From: a virus
Taxonomy: Duplodnaviria > Caudoviricetes
DNA length: 64,000 nt
IMG/VR virus record: IMGVR_UViG_3300047160_022640
Span: 1 to 64,000 of that record
Direction: 5' to 3' (one strand)
The first letter of the stretch is position 1. The number at the start of each line of letters is the position of its first letter. Under the pieces are notes generated by a model. The model was not told the origin of the DNA. It worked only from the letters and a program-made list of their open reading frames with translations, and made no database searches. The translations under genes were made by a program, and so were the position numbers. Positions 1 through 8,649 of this stretch are shown here, piece by piece.

Positions 1-455
1 TCCCCGCCGATCTGCCGCCACGTCGGCATGCTCGGGAGCATGATCTCGAGATCTTCTGGGATGTCGGCGAAGCCCGGCAAGCTCGGTTGCCTGCGGCTGC
101 GCACGCGCATGGGTGTCGTTCGGGTCTGGCGAGCGCGCGGCGTCTCTTCTACGTCATCGTCACCGCCATCGTCATCGTCGTCACCGCCGGTCGCTTTCTG
201 CTCTTTCGCCTGATCGATGAGATCCCGCGCCACGTCCTTCGACGAGAAACGCCGATTGTCGCCCGGTACGCTCGAGGAGCCCCAGTACCCGCGGTGGTCT
301 TGATCGTACGACGAGTCGCCCCAGTGCACATTCCAACCGCCATCCGGGTGGACCTGCAAGCGAACGTCAACGCCCTCGTCGTCTTCCGTTTCGACGCTCG
401 AGTTGATGCGGCGAAGCTCTGCCGCGACTTCTGGGATAGTTGGAAACGCCATCAT
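1..455 (-). CDS. hypothetical phage protein, runs off the left window edge
   Basis: Not in the ORF track. ATG at 455 with GGAGG upstream and ATGA overlap with the upstream gene. Open to position 1: MMAFPTIPEVAAELRRIN...DVRLQVHPDGGWNVHWGDSSYDQDHRGYWG, then an acidic tract. Confidence 0.75.
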   Translation of the reverse strand, partial: MMAFPTIPEVAAELRRINSSVETEDDEGVDVRLQVHPDGGWNVHWGDSSYDQDHRGYWGSSSVPGDNRRFSSKDVARDLIDQAKEQKATGGDDDDDGGDDDVEETPRARQTRTTPMRVRSRRQPSLPGFADIPEDLEIMLPSMPTWRQIGG

Positions 456-853
456 GTCCTCCACTCGATCCACTCACGCTCTGGCGCGAGGGGTAACTGG
501 CTCGTCGGCACGCCGACTGTCTTGAGCACACTCCGGAGTGCCTCCCACTCGTCGGCGATGATCCGATCGATCTCCTCCTCGTCGGCATCGCTCTCGATCC
601 CCCACAGTCCCGGGCTCCGTAGCACCTGCGTCGTCGCGTCGATCGTCACTTCCGCCTCGATGCGTACGCCGACGAACGAAAAATCTCCAGCCTCGTACTC
701 TTCTTTCCGATCGGTGAGCTCTTCCTGGTCGAGGTAGGACGTCTCCGGATTCGGATCTTCGAGAACGAGCGCGCGTACCGCTCGGAGCTCGGCGGGCGGA
801 CGTCGGCCGGTGAGCACCACGACGCGGCGGCGCGGGCGCTGGGGGTCATTCAT
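452..853 (-). CDS. hypothetical phage protein
   Basis: Acidic protein with SPGLWGIESD motif, coupled to the next gene. Start at ATG 853 (track TTG 877 also possible). Confidence 0.75.
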   Translation of the reverse strand: MNDPQRPRRRVVVLTGRRPPAELRAVRALVLEDPNPETSYLDQEELTDRKEEYEAGDFSFVGVRIEAEVTIDATTQVLRSPGLWGIESDADEEEIDRIIADEWEALRSVLKTVGVPTSQLPLAPEREWIEWRT

Positions 854-894
854 CTTGTCTAGGCCATTTTCTGCCAATTTGGGTTGCCAGTCAA

Positions 895-1080
895 CTACCG
901 CTGGGCGCGGCCTTTCCCGTTCGCCTTGAGCCCCTTCTCGATCAGCATGTTCGTGACTTCATTGAGGCTCGGCTTGATGCCGGTCGCCTTCGTGATGCGT
1001 TGCTGCTCGGCGAGAATTCTACCGTGGAGGATCTCCGGCACGCGGGTGGTCATGTAGATCTGTTGTTTTTCTTGAGCCAT
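895..1080 (-). CDS. ribbon-helix-helix (Arc/CopG-like) DNA-binding protein
   Basis: 61 aa: beta strand IYMTTRV followed by two helices (PEILHGRILAEQQR; SLNEVTNMLIEKGL). Confidence 0.65.
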   Translation of the reverse strand: MAQEKQQIYMTTRVPEILHGRILAEQQRITKATGIKPSLNEVTNMLIEKGLKANGKGRAQR

Positions 1081-1116
1081 TGACCAGATCGTACCACAGT
1101 GATACGGTCTGGTTCA
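1081..1116. promoter_or_regulatory. extended -10 (TGG-TACGAT, minus strand) inside an imperfect inverted repeat; candidate leaderless promoter/operator
   Basis: Minus-strand TACGAT at 1088-1093 ends 7 nt before ATG 1080. Arms TGACCAGATCGTA / TACGGTCTGGTTCA. Confidence 0.5.
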
Positions 1117-1119
1117 AGG

Positions 1120-1158
1120 TGAACCGTTCTGGTTCTTTCTTAGGAAGGAGGCGTTCTT
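1120..1158 (+). repeat. 39-bp perfect direct repeat, copy 1
   Basis: TGAACCGTTCTGGTTCTTTCTTAGGAAGGAGGCGTTCTT, identical to 1518-1556. Confidence 0.95.
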
Positions 1159-1289
1159 GAGCCGCGTAGATGAAGGCATGCAGCAAGACATCCTGGTAGG
1201 CGACGCTCGACGTTACTGACGCGCCGGGTAGGGGCGCCCACACGGGTGGACGCTCCTGCCGGGCACTTCAGCCCGAAGGAGATACACAC

Positions 1290-1520
1290 ATGTACACACA
1301 TTACAGCATTGCGGTTATGGACAGGGGCGGCCTGGCTCGTGGCATGTACACCCGCTCGTGCGCCTACGAGACCCCGGAGCTCGCTCGCGAGCTAGGCCCA
1401 CAAGACATCCACAGCAGGGGCGAGCGCCTCGCTCTGGTGCGGGTCGAGACCCGTGATGAAGACGGCACCAGGACTGTCATCCGCGAAACCATCCTAGCCG
1501 TCGTGCGGGAGGCGTCATGA
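1290..1520 (+). CDS. hypothetical protein between the direct repeats
   Basis: 76 aa, strong AAGGAG SD. Confidence 0.65.
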   Translation: MYTHYSIAVMDRGGLARGMYTRSCAYETPELARELGPQDIHSRGERLALVRVETRDEDGTRTVIRETILAVVREAS

Positions 1521-1556
1521 ACCGTTCTGGTTCTTTCTTAGGAAGGAGGCGTTCTT
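1518..1556 (+). repeat. 39-bp perfect direct repeat, copy 2
   Basis: Identical to 1120-1158. Confidence 0.95.
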
Positions 1557-1682
1557 ACGCTGCGTAATAGCGGTCGACGATATACCGGTCCGACCGCGTT
1601 CAACGCGTACAACGAAGGGCGCGCCGATGGGCGTCGGATCGATCTAGGCGGATCGGCGCGGAAGCTCGGGAGCGCATCGTGA
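1551..1682 (+). pseudogene. start-less 3' gene remnant
   Basis: 43 open codons (VLTLRNSGRRYTGPTAFNAYNEGRADGRRIDLGGSARKLGSAS*) whose TGA overlaps the next GTG. No in-frame start after TAG 1539-1541. Confidence 0.4.
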
Positions 1683-1864
1683 AAGTCGCAATCACAGTGC
1701 TTGTTGACCACGCCGAGTCCGTTCGCGAGGCGGAGAACTGGCTCAGCGATGTTCTCATACGCAATCGCGAGCGCGCCGATGATACCGGCGAAGGCGCATC
1801 AGGAATGCTTCCGCATTGCATAGTCGAGTCGCACGTAGTCGTGGAGGTCGAGGACCATGGCTGA
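1679..1864 (+). CDS. hypothetical protein
   Basis: 61 aa, overlap-coupled in a run of small genes. Confidence 0.55.
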   Translation: MKVAITVLVDHAESVREAENWLSDVLIRNRERADDTGEGASGMLPHCIVESHVVVEVEDHG

Positions 1865-2051
1865 CGCAAAAAAAGTACCACGCACTGTAGGTGAGCTGAT
1901 CGAGCAACTTTCGAAGTTGGATCCAAATCTGTTCGTCGAGACAGAGGGGTGCGACTGCGTGGGACCTTGGTCTGGCGACGTTTCCGTACACGACAACGCC
2001 GTCACGATCGGCCGCAACGATAACCGCCCCGATTGGAAGGACTGGCCGTGA
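1857..2051 (+). CDS. hypothetical phage protein
   Basis: TVGELIEQLSKLDP N-terminus typical of small phage proteins; GAGG SD. Confidence 0.7.
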   Translation: MADAKKVPRTVGELIEQLSKLDPNLFVETEGCDCVGPWSGDVSVHDNAVTIGRNDNRPDWKDWP

Positions 2052-2410
2052 CCGCCAAGCACCCTACCTGGCTCCAATGGGCCCGCGCCGTCGCCGCCGA
2101 CCCGCTCAGTCCGTCGCGCATCGACCCGCAGATGATCGGCGCGATGACGGGGCAGGATATGCGGGTGATGTCCGCGATCGCCGCGTGCTGGCAGGTTTAC
2201 GCGAACGCCGACAACGCTGGACGTCGCGGAGCCATCGTCGCGATCTACGCGCTCTTGCCGGCGCTTCAACCTCGATCGAGATTCATTGCTCGCGAGCTTA
2301 TTCCGTGGGCGATGGACTGGTCGTTTCGCGATACGGTTTGGGCAGAGATCGAGAAACTTGATCGGCATGCGTCGATCGAAGGGGGTTGCGATGGCTGGTC
2401 TGCTGGGTAG
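2048..2410 (+). CDS. hypothetical protein
   Basis: GTGA overlap, helical composition. Confidence 0.65.
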   Translation: MTAKHPTWLQWARAVAADPLSPSRIDPQMIGAMTGQDMRVMSAIAACWQVYANADNAGRRGAIVAIYALLPALQPRSRFIARELIPWAMDWSFRDTVWAEIEKLDRHASIEGGCDGWSAG

Positions 2411-2678
2411 ACATCCTTTGGATTGCGTACGGCTCTGCCACGGATGTGGCGAGCTCAACGACTCGCGCTACCAAGGCGCGTGGATTCTGCGCATGCCGAA
2501 CCGAGTCATCGTCGAGGCCCGTATCTACGCTTGCCGGCGATGCGGACATGTGTTCGCGGCGGATCACGTCGAGCTCAAAGGAGCTACGTGTGATCAGTTG
2601 CTCGAGATCACCGACCTTCGCGCGTGGCACTGGTTGCGGGAAGAAGTCGCTACTCTTTTTGAAATGGAGGCGTCGTGA
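2391..2678 (+). CDS. zinc-ribbon protein
   Basis: CHGC and CRRC pairs; GGGGG SD-like before ATG 2391. Confidence 0.6.
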   Translation: MAGLLGRHPLDCVRLCHGCGELNDSRYQGAWILRMPNRVIVEARIYACRRCGHVFAADHVELKGATCDQLLEITDLRAWHWLREEVATLFEMEAS

Positions 2679-2847
2679 CTTTTTGGCGGGAGGCAGGGGT
2701 TGACATCATTGTCTCGATGTTGATCGGGGCCTTGATACCGCTTCCTTTTCTGTTTGTCTGCTGGCTGCATTTACACCGTCGCAGAAAGGAGACTTGGGAA
2801 CGGTTCGATTTGTCGGTGCGCAAATTCGACGAGGAGATAAAGACTTC

Positions 2848-3174
2848 GTGATCTACATCCTCCACATTGACCCCCCACTAGCCCACGCCCGCCACTACGT
2901 CGGCTGGACGAAGGACGAAGACGTCTCGCGGCGTGTACAGGAGCACCTCGACCAGTCTGGACGCCGTCCAGCACGTCTGATCGGCGCCGCCCTCGCCGCC
3001 GGACGGACCATCACGCTCGCCGGCACGCTCGAGGGGGACCGCGACTTCGAGCGGCAGCTCAAGCGACGAGGGAGCGCTAAGAGTTACTGCCCACTCTGCA
3101 AGCCGGCGTACAACGCGCATGCGGCGGCGCGGGCGCGGGCGAGACGACGAAAAAAGAGGGAAGGTCGCGCTTAA
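2848..3174 (+). CDS. GIY-YIG family endonuclease
   Basis: VIYILH...HYVGWT...RVQEH...FERQLK, C-terminal CPLC; GAGGAG SD. Confidence 0.8.
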   Translation: MIYILHIDPPLAHARHYVGWTKDEDVSRRVQEHLDQSGRRPARLIGAALAAGRTITLAGTLEGDRDFERQLKRRGSAKSYCPLCKPAYNAHAAARARARRRKKREGRA

Positions 3175-3217
3175 TTACGAAGTAAGACAGAACATTACGG
3201 GAAAAGGAGATCCCAAG

Positions 3218-4729
3218 ATGACCACCTGGAGCAAGTACCAACAAGCCGTCTTCGAAAACGTTGCCAGCGGAACCGGTCACACGGTGATTACCGCTGTGGC
3301 TGGAAGCGGCAAGACGACCACGATCGTAGAGGCGCTCGGTCACGTACCGTATGGCTGCAAGACGCTTTTCGTAGCCTTCAACAAGTCGATCGCCAACGAA
3401 CTCGCGAAGCGCGCCCCGAAAACGGTCGAGGTGTCGACGCTTCATTCGTACGGCCTGAAGACCATCACGAAATCTCTCGGACGACTGCGCATCAACGGGG
3501 ACCGCGTCGACCACATGATCCGCGTCATGTACTCGCAGCGGGAGCTCTCACTCGTGGGAGCGCTCGAGAAGCTCGCGATGGCGATGAACGTCAAAAACCC
3601 AGACGATCTCTTCACGTTCGAGATGCGGCGCGACCTGACGAAGACCGTCTCGCTTGCGAAGGGTTCGCTCGCGTCTGACGAGGCCGACATCGATGCGATT
3701 TTGGACGGGTACGGCATCGAGATGACCGAAGAGATAGTCCGAAAGGCGTTTATCGAAGATGCGCTCAAGATCATGATTCGGTGTGCCAACGTTTCAGCTG
3801 ACAACGAAGACGATTTGGACGGTCAGATCGACTTCGACGACATGATCTGGCTCCCGATCGTTCGCGATCTTAAACAGACGAAATTCGACCGCGTGTTCGT
3901 CGACGAGACGCAGGATCTCAATCCGGCGCAGATCGAGATGACGATGCGAGCCGTGCGTCCGGGCGGGCGGATCTGCGCGGTCGGCGACCCGCGTCAGGCT
4001 ATCTACGGCTTCCGCGGCGCCGATTCCGCCGCCGTCACCAACGTCATCACCCGACTCAACGCGAAGGTTCTTCCGCTGAGCGTCTGCTACCGGTGCTGCA
4101 AATCGGTTATTCGTGAGGCGCAGGAGATTGTTCCGGAGATCGAATGGGCTTCCAACGCAGAAGAGGGCGAGGTCAACGACGCGAGCGTCAAGGATCTGAT
4201 AAAGAACGCGCGTCCCGGCGACTTCGTGCTCTCTCGCACAAACGCACCGCTCATCTCGCTCTGTTTGCGGTTTCTCAAGGAAGGGCGCCGGGCGAACATT
4301 CAGGGTCGTGACATCGGAGCGTCGCTCGCGTCGTTCGTTCGTCGGAGCAAGAAGAAGACCATCAAGGAGCTCTGCGACTATGTCGAGAAGTGGCGCGATG
4401 ACGAGTGCGCGCGGCTCGCGGCGAAGAACCGGAACACGCAGAGCGTCGAGGATCGTGCGGAATGTATTCTGGCGCTCGCTGAGGGCGAAGAGAGTGTCGA
4501 CGCCGTCATCAGGAATATCGAAGGGCTCTTCGCGGACGCCGACGACAAGAACACCATCACGCTGTCGACCACGCACAAGGCGAAGGGGTTGGAGCGAGAA
4601 CGAGCGTGGGTGCTTCAGTCGACGTATATGCGCAGACCAGCCGAGGAAGAACGATTCTTGTACTATGTAGCCATTACCAGAGCAAAGAGATCGTTGTTCC
4701 TAGTTCACGGATCCAATTCGGAGCGATGA
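3218..4729 (+). CDS. UvrD/Rep-family SF1 DNA helicase
   Basis: Walker A AVAGSGKTT, STLHS, DFDDMI, VDETQD, VGDPRQAIYGFRGA, STTHKAKGLE, YVAITRAK; AAGGAG SD before ATG 3218. Confidence 0.95.
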   Translation: MTTWSKYQQAVFENVASGTGHTVITAVAGSGKTTTIVEALGHVPYGCKTLFVAFNKSIANELAKRAPKTVEVSTLHSYGLKTITKSLGRLRINGDRVDHMIRVMYSQRELSLVGALEKLAMAMNVKNPDDLFTFEMRRDLTKTVSLAKGSLASDEADIDAILDGYGIEMTEEIVRKAFIEDALKIMIRCANVSADNEDDLDGQIDFDDMIWLPIVRDLKQTKFDRVFVDETQDLNPAQIEMTMRAVRPGGRICAVGDPRQAIYGFRGADSAAVTNVITRLNAKVLPLSVCYRCCKSVIREAQEIVPEIEWASNAEEGEVNDASVKDLIKNARPGDFVLSRTNAPLISLCLRFLKEGRRANIQGRDIGASLASFVRRSKKKTIKELCDYVEKWRDDECARLAAKNRNTQSVEDRAECILALAEGEESVDAVIRNIEGLFADADDKNTITLSTTHKAKGLERERAWVLQSTYMRRPAEEERFLYYVAITRAKRSLFLVHGSNSER

Positions 4730-5298
4730 ACAAATACCAGAGATACAAGGAAAGACACATGCACCCGTGCGCTATATGCGGCGCACGGGTGCTAAAGAAC
4801 AGCAAGATGTGTCGGCGATGTGATAGGGCCAGACGTCGTGTAGAGATGAGCGAAAATCCACTACGACTGAGACACGGTTTTTCGAAGCGTCCAGAGCACT
4901 ATATCTGGCAATCGATGGTTCAACGATGTACGAATCCGAAAGCGCAACAATACGAAGACTACGGCGGACGCGGAATCAAGGTATGTGCCAGGTGGATGTT
5001 GTTCGACAATTTTCTGGCTGATATGGGCCAAAGACCTGAAGGTAAACACCCGTCAGGACGAGCGATGTACACGTTGGAGAGAAAGAAAACTGACGGCGAT
5101 TACACACCAAAAAACTGCGTCTGGGCGACGTACAAAGATCAGTCGCGCAACCGAAGAAAAGGACGCATCGTGTCGTATCGAGGAAAATCGCAACCGTTGG
5201 CAGTTTGGGTTGAAGAGTTCGGTCTGGATTACAAAATAGTTCATCAGCGCCTTTCTCGCGGATGGTCGGTATCGAAAGCGTTCGGGGTGGCTTCGTGA
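4726..5298 (+). CDS. HNH-type homing endonuclease
   Basis: YGGRGIKVC..W..FDNFLADMG.RP...TLER...DGDYTPKNCVWAT..Q.RNRR; N-terminal Zn finger; AT-richer than neighbours. Confidence 0.85.
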   Translation: MNKYQRYKERHMHPCAICGARVLKNSKMCRRCDRARRRVEMSENPLRLRHGFSKRPEHYIWQSMVQRCTNPKAQQYEDYGGRGIKVCARWMLFDNFLADMGQRPEGKHPSGRAMYTLERKKTDGDYTPKNCVWATYKDQSRNRRKGRIVSYRGKSQPLAVWVEEFGLDYKIVHQRLSRGWSVSKAFGVAS

Positions 5299-5663
5299 GC
5301 TCCCGCTTCGTCCATGTCCCCGCCGCCGCCATCCGAGAACGGTTGACGGCGGCGGGGTTTCAACTCCTACCTGCGCGCAGCGGGGAGGAGGTCTACGAAC
5401 GGCGTCACGTCAAGGATCAGCGATACGCGGTCAAAGTGTACTCGTCGATTCAGCGTGGCGCCACCGAGGCGCGCGACTGCGGGAAGGACGCCATTCGAGT
5501 GGTGGCACTGTTCTTTCCGAGAGGGGATGGTTATCCCACTGGGTGGGCGCACAAGGCGAAACGGGTTCACCGGTCGGGGAGCGTCGAAGCTGTACTGGAG
5601 CGCATGATCGAACGCGCGCGCGAGGCGTACGCGGAGTGCAATGCGCATCGGAATAGAACATGA
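5295..5663 (+). CDS. hypothetical phage protein
   Basis: GTGA overlap; ...KDAIRVV...KRVHRSGS. Confidence 0.7.
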   Translation: MSSRFVHVPAAAIRERLTAAGFQLLPARSGEEVYERRHVKDQRYAVKVYSSIQRGATEARDCGKDAIRVVALFFPRGDGYPTGWAHKAKRVHRSGSVEAVLERMIERAREAYAECNAHRNRT

Positions 5664-5998
5664 GCCACACTTGCCACGCCCACGGCTGTGCCACCGTCGT
5701 TCCGCCGCGCCTATTCGCGTGTCGCCGACACTGGTTCGCGCTCTCGAAGAACATTCGTGACGCGATCTGGCGCGAGTACCGTCCCGGGCAAGAGAACGAC
5801 AAGGAGCCGAGTCTTCGCTACCTGGCGGTACAGCAGTTCGCGTGCGCGTATCTCGCGTTCAAGGAAAGAGTGGAATGGACCCCGCCGTATCTTGTGAAGG
5901 CGCTGATGTTTCGCGAGATGGCCATGTCGAAGGGTCTCGGAGATCCGCTCGACGGACTGCTTCAGGACGTAGAACGATTACGGGGAGAAAGAAAATGA
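5660..5998 (+). CDS. hypothetical phage protein with Cys/His Zn-finger N-terminus
   Basis: HTCHAHGC...ACRRHW...YRPGQ. Confidence 0.75.
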   Translation: MSHTCHAHGCATVVPPRLFACRRHWFALSKNIRDAIWREYRPGQENDKEPSLRYLAVQQFACAYLAFKERVEWTPPYLVKALMFREMAMSKGLGDPLDGLLQDVERLRGERK

Positions 5999-6930
5999 GC
6001 AACAAAGACGTGAAAATTGCCGTACAACGACAACTGTCCCTCGCCGAAGACAATGAATGTCGCGCAAAAATGGCATTCAATCGTCTGTCTGACAGCCAAC
6101 TCGACGAAGAGCACGGCGAATCAGGCAGTACTAAACGTCAGATTTTACAAGGCTACCGTGAAGAAGTGAGTCGCTGGCGATCCGCGCTTGCGTCGCTGGG
6201 AGTAGTGTTGCTGCTCACCGGATGCGGTGGGAACGACTTCCAGGCGCTGTTCAGCGAGAACGGCGGCGCGCCGGAGACGGATACCGGAACCGGCGGCACG
6301 GGCGGTATGCGGGAGTTCGAGAAGCCGAGCACAGGCGGAGCGCTTGAAGCGGACGATGCTGGACGCCCGAGCGCGAACACGGGTGGTATGGCAGCTGTCG
6401 TTGCGGGCGACGCTGGCGGTGCCGGTGGCTCTACGGCGGCAACATGCCCTGTCAATGAAAAGCTCTGCGGCGGCACCTGCGTCGCGATGGCGCCGACCAC
6501 TGGATGCCTGGAAATAACCTGTGATCCATGCGGAGCGCCCCCAGATCACGCGCACACCATTTGCGCGAACGGGCAGTGTACCTTCGACTGCGATGAGGGA
6601 TACCAGCGCGTTGCGGACGCTTGCATGCCGGCTTGTCAGCAGAGCACGCACAGTGATGGGCGTGGACAGATGTGGACTGATTGCGCGCCGACGGGCACGT
6701 ACACGCAGGATCAGGCAACGAAGGCATGCGAGGCATGGTGTGCCATCAACGGCGGTTGTCACTGCGAGATCGGAATGTTCTGCGCCGACAACGAGGCGCG
6801 TATCTACGCGCCCTCAGGAACGTCATTTCTGACATGGGTATGGCAAGGGAGCGATGCGGGGAACGTCGTACAGGCGGACCCAGGGAGTGCCGGAAAACCG
6901 GCATGCACGACAGTGAGCAGCTGGCAATGA
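5995..6930 (+). CDS. Cys-rich myxobacterial-type lipoprotein with a fused soluble N-terminal domain
   Basis: Internal lipobox VLLLTG-C, Gly/DAG linker, Cys repeats (CPVNEKLCGGTC...CDPC...CANGQCTFDC). Confidence 0.75.
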   Translation: MSNKDVKIAVQRQLSLAEDNECRAKMAFNRLSDSQLDEEHGESGSTKRQILQGYREEVSRWRSALASLGVVLLLTGCGGNDFQALFSENGGAPETDTGTGGTGGMREFEKPSTGGALEADDAGRPSANTGGMAAVVAGDAGGAGGSTAATCPVNEKLCGGTCVAMAPTTGCLEITCDPCGAPPDHAHTICANGQCTFDCDEGYQRVADACMPACQQSTHSDGRGQMWTDCAPTGTYTQDQATKACEAWCAINGGCHCEIGMFCADNEARIYAPSGTSFLTWVWQGSDAGNVVQADPGSAGKPACTTVSSWQ

Positions 6931-7904
6931 ACCGGTTGTTCGTGACCGCTTTCTTGCTAGGTGCGTGCTCCTCGCCGACCAGTTCCGTGCCATCGGGTCC
7001 TACCTATCCACTCGATGCGACAGTTTCCGTCGAAGCCGCTACAACGCTGTCTCCAGAGCCGACACCGCGCTATCTGGAACAGGAGGCGTCCGCTCCGACA
7101 GCTTCGGTACCGCAGGACGCGGGTATCAACGAAGCACCCATGATCACTCTCGAATGGTCCGGTCCGATTGCGCCCGGCTACGAGGGGAACACGTGCGTAA
7201 TTCTCGGCGCAACGGCGACGACGGAGAAGTGGCTCACCGCATGGCATGCGACTCTCGAGCTGCTCCACCACGCAAATCTGTGGTTCGTGCCGCCCGACAC
7301 CGCCGTAGATCCGAACAGCGTTGCAGCCTGGTGCAACGCACCCGCTGGTCCGCAGAAGGCGTTCATTTTCGACGCATCGCAGCCGGATCTTCGCGCTGCG
7401 GTGCCGACGGGAGGCTCGATCCGGATACCGGCGAATTCGATCTGGCGGATCGATCTTCATCAACTGAACACGAGCTCCGATCCGGGTACCGCTGTTTTTC
7501 ACCTCGAGCTAGCGCTTCAAGATGCTCGTCGTGGGCTGGAAGTTTTCCCGGGTGCCCTCGGTACGCAGCACATTTCGGTGCCGCCAGCGTCAACCAAGAC
7601 ACTTACCTGGACGTGTCCTATTCCAGCAGACGCGACGATCCTGTGGATGAGCTCGCATTCGCACAGCCACACGACGCTTTTGACGGCGAGCGCGAACGGA
7701 GCGGAGGTCTACCGATCAACAGCGTGGTCAGAGCCGGCGCAGGAAGCGTTTTTGCCGCCGCTCAGTACGAAGTCCGTATCTTGGTCGAGCACGATCGTCA
7801 ACGACGGAACAACGACTCTGACTTGCGGTCCTAGTCGCGACAACAATGAGATGAGTGGCATTTATTTGATGACACTCGGTGAGAGGATTTGGTGCACGCA
7901 ATGA
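6927..7904 (+). CDS. copper type II (PHM/DBH-like) monooxygenase-fold lipoprotein
   Basis: Lipobox LLGA-C; H114-H115, H178, H244-x-H246 and E308-M309 match the PHM copper-ligand spacing. Confidence 0.75.
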   Translation: MNRLFVTAFLLGACSSPTSSVPSGPTYPLDATVSVEAATTLSPEPTPRYLEQEASAPTASVPQDAGINEAPMITLEWSGPIAPGYEGNTCVILGATATTEKWLTAWHATLELLHHANLWFVPPDTAVDPNSVAAWCNAPAGPQKAFIFDASQPDLRAAVPTGGSIRIPANSIWRIDLHQLNTSSDPGTAVFHLELALQDARRGLEVFPGALGTQHISVPPASTKTLTWTCPIPADATILWMSSHSHSHTTLLTASANGAEVYRSTAWSEPAQEAFLPPLSTKSVSWSSTIVNDGTTTLTCGPSRDNNEMSGIYLMTLGERIWCTQ

Positions 7905-8464
7905 ACGCCGACATACCGTCCTCTGTCACCCTTGGCGCCGTCTACGAGCACTACAAAGGCAGCCGCTATACCGTCCTCTCACTCGTTACGCATCACGAGA
8001 CGCGTCTACCGATGGTAGTCTACCGGTCGCATGAGCGGGGGACGGAAAATTGCCGGCCGCTGCATGGGTGGGCGGGTGATTCAGATGGGTTTTTGACATC
8101 GACGGCGGATGGGAAGGAAAGGTTCGTATTGGTTAAGTCTCCGGCGCCAGAAGATGAAGCGGTAATGAGTCAAGCCGAGTGGGCGACGATTCAATGGCGC
8201 AAGCGCTGCGAGAAAGCCGAAACTTCCCTCAAATCCACCCAGCTCGACCTTAACGAAGCTCAACAACGTCTCGAAGGATGCCGCGCCGGTCGTGCAGTAG
8301 CGGACAAACAAAACTCTGACCTTCTTCAGACCGCCAGCAGTCTGGAGCTCGCGTGTCGGAAGTTCACCGTGGAGAACGAGCGCCTCACTGCCGAGCTCTC
8401 CGAAGCACGGCGCATCATTGAGGGTCAGGAGAAACTCATCGTCAAACTGCGCAAGCCCAAATGA
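7901..8464 (+). CDS. DUF1653-like domain plus coiled coil
   Basis: GAVYEHYKGSRYTV...HHET..MVVY...RP...RF, then heptads. Confidence 0.8.
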   Translation: MNADIPSSVTLGAVYEHYKGSRYTVLSLVTHHETRLPMVVYRSHERGTENCRPLHGWAGDSDGFLTSTADGKERFVLVKSPAPEDEAVMSQAEWATIQWRKRCEKAETSLKSTQLDLNEAQQRLEGCRAGRAVADKQNSDLLQTASSLELACRKFTVENERLTAELSEARRIIEGQEKLIVKLRKPK

Positions 8465-8646
8465 CTGCTGACATCATCACAGCCCTTCGTGCTCGCTCGC
8501 GGGCATCCGGCAGAGACGTGCTACTCGAGGACGCGGCGGACGAGCTAGAGTCTCTAGAACGCGAAAACACCGATCTCCGCGCAGGACTCCAACCTGAAAC
8601 GGTGCTGGAGCGATATACCCGCTACCTCAACCGCTGCAACGGATAG
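8461..8646 (+). CDS. hypothetical protein
   Basis: ATGA overlap; LLEDAADELESL phage-like motif. Confidence 0.6.
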   Translation: MTADIITALRARSRASGRDVLLEDAADELESLERENTDLRAGLQPETVLERYTRYLNRCNG

Positions 8647-8649
8647 CCG

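Noticed and set aside
2700-2730. TTGACA upstream of the GIY-YIG gene as a promoter
   Set aside because: No acceptable -10 hexamer at 16-18 nt spacing.
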